Shown piece after piece: positions 12,108 through 24,200 of a stretch of DNA of 64,000 nt (position 1 is the first letter of the stretch; every line of letters starts with the position of its first letter). Made by a program: the position numbers and the translations under genes. The notes under the pieces were generated by a model that saw only the letters and a program-made list of their open reading frames with translations, did not search any database and was not told where the DNA came from. Source of the DNA: Anthoceros angustus (taxonomy: Eukaryota > Plantae > Anthocerotophyta); assembly GCA_010909165.1 (NCBI GenBank), contig VJWM01000068.1, positions 1,539,124 to 1,603,123 on the forward strand. Reading direction: 5' to 3'.

Positions 12108-13254
12108 TGAGACTTGTGGAGCCGGATCTTGAGAACATCCAAGCGGCTACACACACCTGCCTTCTAAACAAGCAACAAGGCGCAACTTCTCACGCCCCCA
12201 CAACAGCCTACACGTCACCATGCCGCCTAAATTCACCATGCCTCTACCTACAACGACACCCTACGACTATAGGTCCACACCCCACTAAAAGAGGTCGCCA
12301 GGCCACACGAGGGACCCCTACGCCGCGACTTCACCACCCGTGATCTTCCACTATTCCTTTCCCATCGCCTTCCCACAATTGGCACACCTCAACCACCAAC
12401 TCGACAAGCAGCCCACGACTCCCGTGACCGCCTGTCCTCCGCCTCGACCTACAACGACATCCCATGCCAGAGGTCCCCCCTCATGGCGTAGGTCCACCGC
12501 TCACGCACATAGGGACTCACAGCAGCACTTCTCCACCCGTGATTTTTGAGACCTTAGCCCAGCCCGCTTGGTGCATTTGGGACCCTCCCTTAGGCTCGAC
12601 TTGGCCTCTTCTTACTCCTAATCTCTACCTACTCCTCTACTCAACATTCAGCTCCACATTCTCCTCAACACTCACCTCAACTCAACTCCTCATCCTCCTA
12701 ATCTAACCTTACTTCAAGCTCACTGCCCTAGCTCGCCTCACGCACAACCGCCTGGGTCCGCTACAAGCCAACAAGTTCTTCCTGGCTATGAGTTTGCACT
12801 GTGACAAGAACCTCCGTGAGTCTTTCCCCGTAGTCTACCCTCAAGCCGAGAGTTCCTTGGGCATCGCCACACACCCAAGCAAAGCAATTTCACAAAGAAC
12901 CATTCACAAGGGGAGCAACTGCAGAGGCGCGCAAGGAGCGAGCCTCCGCCAAGCACTCCGACCACCGCAAACTCTCTACCGACGCTAGCTAGCTTGCACG
13001 AAATTCCTTCACAAGGAGCAAAGGACTCATGAGTTTGGGAGCGCAAGACACGATAATTTTACTTCACAAGCTCCTCCTTTATAGGGAGGTCCTCACATAG
13101 CCTCCTCGCGCCTCCTGCACCGCCTCACTCCTTATTTTAGTGTATCCCACGACTTTAAGTTCGACATCCAAGCATCTTGGGTAAAATTCTATTCTAGCAA
13201 TTCATGTGAGCCTTAATGGCTCGCCACAACATTCCTATCTAGCTAGTCAACACA
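12108..13254 (-). mobile_element. LTR-like sequence (minus strand), part of a ~3 kb insert in an array unit
   Basis: Colinear similarity to 54166-55167; minus strand TG...CA followed by TGG; TATA-like CTATAAAGGAGG near 13073-13084. Confidence 0.5.
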
Positions 13255-16200
13255 CCCCACCGGGTTGACAAGCATTAATGCCTGTCCTCCTCTAAAGAAA
13301 GTCTCCCCAAGCAATGAGCCCACACCACCACCAACCTCTTCAATTACCTCTAGATGTCGCCGACCGCCTCGGTGATCCCACGGATGTAGCCACCCTACAC
13401 CTCTCCTACGACGTAGGGTCAACTCTTATGGCCCTACCGCCTCCACGCCTCCACCGCAAGAAGGTCTCCTGATGATCTGCTCCATGCCTTCCTCACCTCC
13501 TCCAGTCATCCTCACGGCCCATATACCGTCGGATGTTGCTCTTCTCCCGGCTCCCGCCCCACGCACACTAAGCTTCACCGCCACACAAAATCCACCAAGA
13601 GAGCAACTTCCCTTTTCCACTTACTTCCTCTTCACTCCACAGTCCCACCTAGCTCAAACTTGATGTCCTCACGATACACGCCCAAATCCTCACTTGCAAG
13701 GTCCTAGGCACAAAATTCAGCTGCTCTTCACGGTTTCAACCTCTTCACACACAACTCCATGCACGCACACCTCCTTCTCCTTGCACACACATGGCACTCT
13801 CCAAGTCCTTGCTCTAGCTTTCCTGCATGCACAAGCTCTTCCTGCACTCGATGCTTCCTAGGTGCCACTCCTACACACCCTTGCATGGCCCTTTGGTAGT
13901 GACAACTCCTACATAGGTGCTATTCCTGCCATGTGGCACCATTTCCACTTGTATGCCCATCAAGGGTACCCCTGAGACTCCTGCACCCCACCTAGCCCAC
14001 TTTAGGGAGACCACTCACCCTACGTAGGGGAGACATTTCATCACTCTATCCTACCTATCTACCAACTACCAGTGGAGCCCTCACACCCTACATCTACATG
14101 TGGTCACCGTCACCCCACCCTACTTCACCCTCCCCCTTCTACTTGCATCTGTCCCTACTTGTATCTCTACCCACATACATACATGTAGGGACCCCGCCCA
14201 CTATGGGGTCACCTGTCACCCCACGCCCACCTTGTAGGTGCACACCCCACGCCCTGTGCATGTAGGGAGACTCCACGCTATCACCCCACACTACCCCTTG
14301 TGCACCTCCCTACGTGGGAGTGCCATGCCCCATGCCACTACCACCCTACACCTCCTTGTGGGTGCACCACCAAACACTCTCCCAATTAGCTCTCATGTGA
14401 CTTCAAAATATAACACACCACACACAAAGGTGCCCCATCGATCGATCCACCCTAGGACGCTTAACTTTGAGTTCTTACTTTTGTCCAACACACCCAATTG
14501 GCTTGTGCACAACTCAAGAATAAATGAACTTATTCCCGGTGAACTCCTCACGCCTCACAACATCTCGTATCAACCCTCCTTGCTACCATCCTGCCACCAC
14601 AACGGCCTCCCTTCACTTTGACTTGCAGCCCACCGCAAATTCCGCCATGATGCACACTGTGATCCTTCACCATGTTGCACCACCAACACCGCCTTCCTAT
14701 GGTTTGGCCACACCTCCATCTTGCAGCCCACAATTCAGCTGCCGTGAGTGCTCTACCACGGCCTTTCCTAGTTCAACACCATCCTCACATCGTGACTCCA
14801 TTGAGAGCACTTCCATGTGCCTCGGCACCGCCATGGCCTCCTCTTGCAACCCTTGTGGCTGCTCACCTCAACATGAGCTCCTCGCTCCCATCCTTGCACC
14901 AATTGTCCTCTCGCATGAGCTCCCAACCTAGAGCCCGCAGCAGATCCCCGCATTCCACCATTACGCACTTGGCCCATCTTCGCAGCAACCCTTGCCACAC
15001 ATCTCTACCTAGCCCTCCCATCGCAAAATCTCAATATGAGCACCGCCCATGTCTCACTTCTTCCACACATGTGGCAAATTACTTTGCCTTCCCTCAAACT
15101 TGGTGGTGGTCCCCAATAATCAGGCCTTTGCCTGCAAGCCTATCACCTCCCACCACATGAGGCTCAACTAAAGTTGGGGCCCCAACCTCAAGCTACTTCC
15201 TTGGCTTAATTGCCTTCACCCTTTCCTACCGTGGTAGGAGCTACTCCCCGGTGGGTCATCAAACGCTAGCTAGGCCGCTTACCGGTGGGCAGGGACATTC
15301 TCCTACCCATACCTACGGTGGTAGGAGTTCTCCACTTAGCCTACCGTGGTAGGAGTTCTCTCCCAAGACTCGATGCCGCGAGTGGAGCGATAACAGAAGG
15401 TTCCAATCTCTTTTCGGATTTTGTGAGGGCTTTTGGTTTATCACTTCCCTCAAGAAGGTTCACATATGTCTCCTACCCTCCTCACTAGAAGGTCATTTGA
15501 TCCGCTTTTCCCTAAGTATCCTCTCCGCCTTCCTATGGTTTGGCCACACCTCCCACCACCTCGGTCCAGCTATACTCGGGGCAGTCCAGCAACAACTATA
15601 CTTGGGATGGTTCTAGTGGCAATTTCACCTCTTTCTATGATAAGCTCGTCGGCACTCTAAAACTCCTCCTCTTGCAACCCTTGTGGCTGCTCACCCTCAA
15701 ACTTGGTGGTGGTCCCCAAAGCGACCTCCCACCACATGAGGCTCAACGTGCACCACCTCACTTTTGCTGTCGGCAATAACCACGAGCTTCCCTCCATAAA
15801 GATAGGGCTCAACTAAAGTTGGGGCCCCACAATAAGCTCGCTGCCACAGTGCCCCACCACCCTCGGCGCAAACTTTTGCTCCGCTTTCTTTTGGGTTTGT
15901 AGAAACCCTTCTAAATAGCACTGGCGCCTTAAGTCAAGGCCCCTCAGCGCCAACCTCATATTCACGGTGCCCCACCACCCTCGGCGCAAACTTTTGCTCC
16001 GCTTTCTTTTTGGTTTATCACTTCCCTCAAACTTGGTGGTGGTCCCCAAAGCGACCTCCCACCACATGTATATAGCGCCCACCTTAAGTCAAGGCCCCTC
16101 AGCGCCAACCTCATATTCACGGTGCCCCACCACCTCACTTTTGCTCCGCTTTCTTCTTTGCTTTCCTTTTGGTTTATCACTTCCCTCAAGAAGAAGTGTC

Positions 16201-16719
16201 GCTTCCCTCAAAGCGATGTGTCGAATGTAATCCAACATGGGTATGCTCACACGGAATGGCAATTTCAGCCAAAGTCGAAGAAATTTGGTGGAGACTTCAT
16301 TTACTTGCGATGTCAAGCAGGAGATACCTTGACACGCTAGCGGTAGGCCTTGCAAGAAGTGAAGGAGGTTAGACCTAATGGGGTACTCTTGCTACTGAGA
16401 TGGATGCCTGACGATCGACAACATGAAGAATTGTGCGGTCTATCACCTCCCAAACTGACCCAACTATTGTTACCGATTGGGTCCCTCCGATTACCCATGC
16501 CAAGTATGTAGGCCTCCGGATGATCTGAGGCGATGCCGTTTTGTGATCACATGATGGTGGTTACCATGTGTTTTGCCTAAATCCACCACTAGTTGAGGTC
16601 CGGATCACTATTGTACAAGAAAACCAGCTAGCGGGCATAAACCATCGAGGCTTCGGCGGGGAGGCGGGGTGGAGAGGAACAGAGGACTCATTTTTTGCTA
16701 CATGTTAGATGAGACAGTT

Positions 16720-17040
16720 GGGACATACTCGGGACAGCCCCAATGTTCGATGAGATAGCTAGGACATACTCGGGGCAGTCCCATGGCAACAAGTATACTC
16801 GGGGCAGTCCAGCTCGGCTATACTGGGGCGGCCTCGGTCCAGCTATACTCGGGACAGTCCCATGGCAACAAGTATACTCGGGACAGCCCCAATGTTCGAT
16901 GAGATAGCTAGGACATACTCGGGGCAGTCCCATGGCAACAAGTATACTCGGGGCAGTCCAGCTCGGCTATACTCGGGGCAGTCCAGCAACAACTATACTT
17001 GGGATGGTCCCGTAGAGAACACTCGGGACACCAAGCAGTT
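16720..17040 (+). repeat. GC-rich oligomer array module (TATACTCGGGGCAGTCC core; 17-30 bp variants); representative copy
   Basis: Also ~21270-21500, 26690-26880, 31225-31730, 33255-33800, 39545-39790, 40845-41110, 42440-42800, 48600-48810. Confidence 0.85.
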
Positions 17041-17509
17041 AGGGATGGAGTGAGTGACCCTTCGGCCTTGAAGTGTTTGAGTGTCTTTGGCGGAATTGCT
17101 ATGGTGCGTGAAGAGTGATGCAGATGGGATGGTTCTAGTGGCAATTTCACCTCTTTCTATGATAAGCTCGTCGGCACTCTAAAACTCCTCCTACTCTTGT
17201 TGTGGTTAGAGGTAGCACGAAGAGCTCCCACTAATTGTCATGCGTGTTGTGACCAATGTCAAGGGACAAACTATAGGAGGAAGCGGGGTAATCTATGCTC
17301 AAGAGAAAGACGAGGAAGAGCCAAAGCACGACTTCCACCCCAACTACGTAGAGATACTAAGGAGAAGAAGTTGGGACGGAAGGTCCTTGTTCTTTGATGA
17401 CACCAACTCAAGATCGACACCTTGTAGCAGAAATGATCACCACACTAACAACACACAATAGTCGATTCTTTTAAACTAAGCGAGACACTTGAATGCTGTA
17501 GGAGTCTAA

Positions 17510-17710
17510 GACTCAAGCATCTCCTTTGAATAAGTCATGTTTTACCTTAGGGAGGGCTTTAGTAAGCGGTCGGTGCATTAGATCCGTGGGGATGTATTCA
17601 AGAAGATCGACTTAAAGCGCATCTCGGATGAAATGGTAATGAATCTCGATGTCCTTATGCGTGCACCGGGACTCATGGCGCCGCGATTGTTGCGTCCGAG
17701 ATTGTCGTGT
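17510..17710 (-). pseudogene. Copia RNase H C-terminal fragment in the array unit (representative copy)
   Basis: Minus strand KDIEIHYHFIRDAL..EYIPT..LTKALPKVKH; also near 9240, 22140, 27480, 34300, 41630, 43280. Confidence 0.85.
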
Positions 17711-18239
17711 ACGTGTCGAGTGTCCTCTCCCAAGACTCACGATGCATGAGTGGAGCGATAACAGAAGGTTCCACATAACGTATAAAAATATGGTATATGG
17801 ATTATATAAAATGGGTGGTTACATAGGACTTTGAGCCTCCTTTGGCTTTGGCTTCTATGGATTGAGTATTTGAACTAAGTTTTCTAGCTAGTGACCATGA
17901 AGCGACTTCATGTCATCGTAATGACTTCGTCCGTCGTACCATATGGTGATGGTATGTGAGTCATTCTTGCACCTTCACCAGCTCATACCTCGCCAGGCAT
18001 GACACCGCCACAGCATGTGTCGCACCTTCCACGTCGGTATCTTTGAAGCGATCGTCCAATGCTCACGCACTTGGGCACCACCGGCGCCTGCAACACGGCA
18101 CACTCAGGCCGCCCAGACAACCTCACCGATGAAAACACGAGGCACGCATGGAAAGCTAACCCCTCACCATCCCTCCCTTCACAATTGTCCCGGGCAAACG
18201 GATCCTCTATATGAGAGGCGCGCCTCACGAACCGAGCCA

Positions 18240-18583
18240 AGCGGTCGCTTGCGCTTTCATCCACTAAAGTTGAGTATAAGGCCACAGCGGGCGCATGGAA
18301 GGAGTTAGAGTGGGAAAGGCAACTTTTGGAATGAATCCACTTACCTCAAAGTGCTCCCACTAAGCTTCTATGTGAAAGCATGTAGGCTATTGCCCTTTTT
18401 TCCAATCCTTGGTTTCATGCAAGAACCAAGCACATTGAGCTAAACCACCATTATATCCATGACGTCGCTGAAAGGGGCATTGTGAAAGTGGAATACATTA
18501 GTACTGATGAGAATACAGCTAATATTTTTACAAAGGGCCTGCCAAAGCCAAAGCATTTCAAGCATATGGCTGCCCTTGGGCTC
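18240..18583 (+). pseudogene. Second, different copia RNase H fragment in the array unit (representative copy)
   Basis: ALSSTKVEYKA..NPWFHARTKHIELNHHYIHD..VEYISTDENTANIFTKGLPKPKH; also near 9940, 23190, 28190, 35020, 44005. Confidence 0.88.
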
Positions 18584-18809
18584 GGAGTGTTCACTCGCCC
18601 TATGTATCGAGTTGATATCTACCTTGTTGTCGTGGCGGGCTGTTGATTCTTATTGCCTCTAGGGCTCTGGAGCTGCTCGCCTTCTTCACTGCTCAAAATG
18701 ACGTATTCATCGCATCGGTACTCTCAAAGGATGAAGCTACACTATGAAATCTAGGCGTGAGAGGTATCGGACATATGGGTCATGTTTTAGGAGGTCATAT
18801 CTTTTCTTT

Positions 18810-20030
18810 TCTTTTGTGATTTCTTGGTTGGGTTGTAGAAGGTTCTAGTTGTTTTCGCTTTCTTTTGTGAGGATTTTGGTTGTTTTGTTTCTAGCTTCGT
18901 TCTTTGGGACGTTTTTCCTCTTTGTTTTGTTTTCCTTTGTTATTTTGGGTTGGGTTGTAGTTGAAGGTTCGGTCTCTTTTCGGATAATTTTGAGGGTTTT
19001 TGGTTGTTTTGTCTCTAGTTTCTTATTTTGGGAGGTTATCAATGCTATTTTCCAATTTTTGGGTTGCGTTGTAGCTTTAGGTTCCAATCTCTTTTTGGAT
19101 TTTGTGAGGGCTTTTGGTTCTCTTGTTTCTAGCTTCTTTAGGTTCCAATCTCTTTTCGGATTTTGTGAGGCTTTTGGTTCTCTTGTTTCTAGATTCTTTA
19201 GGTTCCAATCTCTTTTCGGATTTTGTGAGGGCTTTTGGTTCTCTTGTTTCTAACCGTTTTGGGAGGTTATTTCCTCTTTTGTTTATCTTTTCCTTTGTTA
19301 TTTTGGGTTGGGTTGTAGCTGAAGGTTCGAGTCTCTTTTGATTTTGTGAGGGCTTTTGGTTGTTTTGTCTTTAGCTTCTTATTTTGGGAGGTTATCATTG
19401 TTATTTTTTTTTGGGTTGGGTTGTAGCTAAAGGTTCCAATCTCTTTTCGGATGTTTGTGGGGCTTTTGGTTCTCTTGTTTCGCTTTTTTTTTTGTGAGGT
19501 TATTTTGTTATTGTTTTCCTTTTGGGTTGGATTGTAGTTGAAGGGTCCAATCTCTTTTGATTTTGTGAGGGCTTTTGGTTCTCTTGTATCTAGCTTCTTT
19601 AGGTTCCAATCTCTTTTTGGATTTTGTGAGGGCTTTTGGTTCTCTTGTTTCTAGCTTCTTTAGGTTCCAATCTCTTTTCGGATTTTGTGAGGGCTTTTGG
19701 TTCTCTTGTTTCTAGCTTCTTTAGGTTCCAATCTCTTTTCGGATTTTGTGAGGGCTTTTGGTTCTCTTGTTTCTAGCTTCTTATTTTGGGAGGTTATCAT
19801 TGTTATTTTTTTTTTTTTTTGGTTGGGTTGTAGAAGGTTCCAATCGGTCTTTAGATTTTGTGAGGTTTTTGATTGTTTTGTTTCTAGCTTCTTTTGGGAG
19901 GTTATTTTGTTATTGTTTTCCTTTTGGGTTGGATTGTAGGTGAAGGTTCAATCTCTTTTTGGATTTTTGAGGGCCTTGACCGTTTTTGGTTCTAGTGTCT
20001 CTTTTGGGAGGTTATTTATTTTTATTTTTT
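18810..20030 (+). repeat. T/G-rich ~60-61 bp minisatellite with longer variant units (representative tract)
   Basis: Unit TTTTGTGAGGGCTTTTGGTTCTCTTGTTTCTAGCTTCTTTAGGTTCCAATCTCTTTTCGGA; tracts also ~10480-11650, 23740-25590, 28750-30050, 35590-37640, 44570-46220. Confidence 0.92.
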
Positions 20031-20211
20031 TTTGTGATCTTTTGGTTGTTAGTGGATATCTTCCATTGCTTATGATCATGAGATATCTACGTGTGGTCCT
20101 CGTCTAATCAAAGCAATGGGAGTAGGCGAGACTTGGCCTCGAGCTTTGCAACTCGAGTTTCGGGACCGCCTCGGAGGCGTCTCTCAACAAGTGCAAGAGC
20201 ACTTGTTTTGT

Positions 20212-20798
20212 CCCATGTTGGATTACATTCCCACACATCTTTTCGAGCAAGCTTTCCCCATAAAAACAAGGAGATCCCTACATGTATATAGCGCCCAAGT
20301 CATATTGGGTCCCCAAAGCGACCTCCCACCACATGAGGCTCAACGTGCACCACCTCACTTTTTGCACATCGGCAATAACCCGAGCTTCCCTCCATAAAGA
20401 TAGGGCTCAACTAAAGTTGGGGCCCCTCGAAAATGCCAACCTCATATTCACAGTGCCCCACCACCCCTCGGCGCAAACTTTTGCTCCGCTTTCTTTTGGG
20501 TTGTAGAAACCCTTCTAAATAACGCGCCTTAAGTCGGGCCCCTCGGACCGCCAACCTTGACCACAGTGCCCCACCACCCCAGGCAAACTACTTCTCCACT
20601 TGGTGTAACCATAAATCCCCACCTCCACATGTATATAGCGCCCACCTTAAGTCAAGGCCCCTCGAAAATGCCAACCTCATATTCACAGTGCCCCAACACC
20701 CCAGTCGCTCTTCTCCTTGCTTTCCTTTTGGTTTATCACTTCCCTCAAGAAGTGTCGCTTCCCTCAAAGCGATGTGTCGGAATGTAATCCAACATGGG
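20212..20798. mobile_element. Non-autonomous TIR (MITE-like) element, representative copy
   Basis: 28-bp TIR CCCATGTTGGATTACATTCC(C/G)ACACATC at both ends; copies 25762-26278, 30240-30753, 38647-39157, 39837-40457, 46408-46925, 47583-48099; no clear TSD. Confidence 0.7.
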
Positions 20799-21200
20799 TA
20801 TGCTCACACGGAATGGCAATTTCCAGCCAAAGTCGAAGAAATTTGAGTGGAGACTTCATTTACTTGCGATGTCAAGCAGGAGATACCTTGACACGCTAGC
20901 AAAGCGCATCTTTGCAAGTGAAGGAGGTTAGACCTAATGGGGTACTCTTGCTACAGTGATGGGCCTGACGATCGACAACATGAAGAATTATGCGGTCTAT
21001 CACCTCCCAAACTGGACCCAACTATTGTTACCGATTGGGTCCCTCCGCTTGATTACCCATGCCAAGTATGTAGGCCTCCGGATGATACGGTGATGCCGTT
21101 TGTGATCACTGATGGTGGTTACCATGTGTTTTGCCTAAATCCACCACTAGTTGAGGTCCGGATCACTATTGTACAAGAAAACCAGCTAGCGGGCATAAAC
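20799..21200 (+). pseudogene. Ty3/gypsy integrase C-terminus with PHD finger (representative copy)
   Basis: Composite across frames and copies: YAHTRNGNFQPKSKKF..GDFIYLR..TL..QVKEVRPNGVLLL..NCAVYHLP.LDPTI..CQVCRPPDD..FCD..DGGYHVFCLNPPLVEV..YC. Confidence 0.75.
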
Positions 21201-24200
21201 CATCGAGGCTTCAGGGGAGGCGGGGTGGAGAGCAGAGGACTCATTTTTGCTACATGTTAGATGAGAGTTGGGACATACTCGGGACAGCCCAATGTTCGAT
21301 GAGATAGCTAGGACATACTCGGGCGGCCTCGGTCCAGCTATACTCGGGGCAGTCCAGCTCGGCTATACTCGGGCGGCCTCGGTCCAGCTATACTCGGGGC
21401 AGTCCCATGGCAACAAGTATACTCGGGGCGGCCCCAACCTCAGCCATACTTGGGATGGTCCAGCTATACTCGGGGCAGTCATAGTCCCAACTCTAGCTTC
21501 TTTAGGTTCCAATCGGTCTATCACCTCCCAAACTGGACCCAACTATTGTTACCGATTGGGTCCCTCCGCTTTCTTTTGGTTTATCACTTCCCTCAAAGCG
21601 ATGTCGGAATGTAATCCAACAACTATACTTGGGATGGTCCCAGTAGAACACTCGGGACAAGCGATTAGGGATGGAGTGAGTGACCCTTCGGCCTTGAAGT
21701 GTTTGAGTGTCTTTGGCGGAATTGCTATAGTGCGTGAAGAGTGCAGATGGGATGGTTCTAGTGGCAATTTCACCTCTTTCTATGATAAGCTCGTCGGCAC
21801 TCTAAAACTCCTCCTCTTGTTGTGGTTAGAGGTAGCACGAAGAGCTCCCACTAATTGTCATGCGTGTTGTGACCAATGTCAAGGGACAAACTATAGGAGG
21901 AAGTAGGGTAATCTATACTCAAGAGAAAGACAGAGGAAGAGCCAAAGCACGACTTCCACCCCAACTACGTAGAGATACTAAGGAGAAGAAGTTGGGACGG
22001 AAGGTCCTTGTTCTTTGATGACACCAACTCAAGATCGACACCTTGTAGCCTGTAGAAATGATCACCACTAACAACACACAATAGTCGATTCTGTTTTAAA
22101 CTAAGCGGACACTTGAATCTGTAGGAGTCTAAGACTCAAGCATCTCCTTTGAATAAGTCATGTTTTACCTTAGGGAGGGCTTTAGTAAGCGGTCGGTGCA
22201 TTAGATCCGTGGGGATGTATTCAAAACAGATCGACTTAAAGCGCATCTCGGATGAAATGGTAATGAATCTCGATGTCCTTAATGCGTGCACCGGGACTCA
22301 TGGCGCCGCGCGATTGTTGCGTCCGAGATTGTCGTGTCGTGTCGAGTGTCCTCTCCCAAGACTCGATGCCGAGTGGAGCGATAACAGAAGGTTCCACATA
22401 ACGTATAAAAATATGGTATATGGATTATATAAAATGGGTGTTACATAGGACTTTGAGCCTCCTTTGGCTTTGGCTTCTATGGATTGAGTATTTGAACTAA
22501 GTTTTCTAGCTAGTGACCATGAAGCGACTTCATGTCATCGTAATGACTTCGTCCGTCGTACCATATGGTGATGGTATGTGAGTCATTCTTGCACCTTCAC
22601 CGAGCTCATACCTCGCCCGAGCATGACACCGCCACAGCATGTGTCGCACCTTCAGCTCATACCTCGCCGAGAGCATGACACCGCCACAGCATGTGTCGCA
22701 CCTTCCACGTCGGTATCTTTGAAGCGATCGTCCAATGCTCACGCACTTGGGCACCACCGGCGCGCAACACGGCACACTCCACTTGACGACAACCTCACCG
22801 ATGAAAACACGAGGCACGCATGGAAGCTAACCCCTCACCATCCCTCCCTTCACAATTGTCCGCAAACCGGATCCTCTATATGAGAGGCGCCTCACGAACC
22901 GAGCCAAGCGAGGTCGCTTGCGCTTTCATCCACTAAAGTTGAGTATAAGGCCACAGCAGCATGTGTCGCACCTTCCACGTCGGTATCTTTGAAGCGATCG
23001 TCCAATGCTCACGCACTTGGGCACCACCGGCGACAACCTCACCGATGAAAACACGAGGCACGCATGGAAGCTAACCTCACCGATGAAAACACGAGGCACG
23101 CATGGAAGCTAACCCCTCACCATCCCTCCCTTCACAATTGTCCGCAAACCGGATCCTCTATATGAGAGGCGCCTCACGAACCGAGCCAAGAAGCGGTCGC
23201 TTGCGCTTTCATCCACTAAAGTTGAGTATAAGGCCACGACGCATGGAAGGAGTTAGAGTGGGAAAGGCAACTTTTGGAATGAATCCACTTACCTCAAAGT
23301 GCTCCCACTAAGCTTCTATGTGAAAGCATGTAGGCTATTGCCCTTTTTCCAATCCTTGGTTTCATGCAAGAACCAAGCACATTGAGCTAAACCACCATTA
23401 TATCCATGGCGTGTTGAAAGGGGCATTGTGAAAGTGGAATACATTAATCTTGATGAGAATCACTAATATTTTTACAAAGGGGCACCAAAGCCAAAGCATT
23501 TCAAGCATATGGCTGCCCTTGGGCTCGGAGTGTTCACTCGCCTATGTCGAGTTGATATCTACCTTGTTGTCGTGGCGGGCTGTTGATTCTTATTGCCTCT
23601 AGGGCTCTGGAGCTGCTCGCCTTCTTCTGCTCAAAATGGCGTATTCATCATCGGTACTCTCAAGGATGAAGCTACTATGAAATCTAGGCGTGAGAGGTAT
23701 CGGACATATGGGTCATGTTTTAGGAGGTCATATCTTTTCTTTTCTTTTGTGATTTCTTGGTTGGGTTGTGGTGAAGGTTCTAGTCATTTTCGCTTTCTTT
23801 TGTGAGGATTTTGGTTGTTTTGTTTCTAGCCGTTCTTTGGGACGTTTTTCCTCTTTGTTTTGTTTTCCTTTGTTATTTTGGGTTGGGTTGTAGTTGAAGG
23901 TTCGGTCTCTTTTCGGATAATTTTGAGGGTTTTTGGTTGTTTTGTCTCTAGTTTCTTATTTTGGGAGGTTATCAATGCTATTTTCCAATTTTTGGGTTGG
24001 GTTGTAGCTTTAGGTTCCAATCTCTTTTGATTTTTGAGGGCTTTTGGTTCTCTTGTTTCTAGCTTCTTTAGGTTCCAATCTCTTTTCGGATTTTTGAGGG
24101 CTTTTGGTTCTCTTGTTTCTAGATTCTTTAGGTTCAATCTCTTTTCGGATTTTGTGAGGCTTTTGGTTCTCTTGTTTCTAGCTTCTTTTGGGAGGTTATT

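Noticed and set aside
16720-17040. CRISPR-like repeat-spacer array
   Set aside because: Linkers come from a few recurring words, are not unique or of constant length; no cas genes; eukaryotic TE context
18810-20030. Interstitial telomere
   Set aside because: Only isolated TTTAGG and GGGTT words; no tandem TTTAGGG
20937-21260. Host PHD-finger gene family
   Set aside because: Frameshifts differ per copy, no evident exon structure, and the upstream sequence resembles a retrotransposon integrase tail
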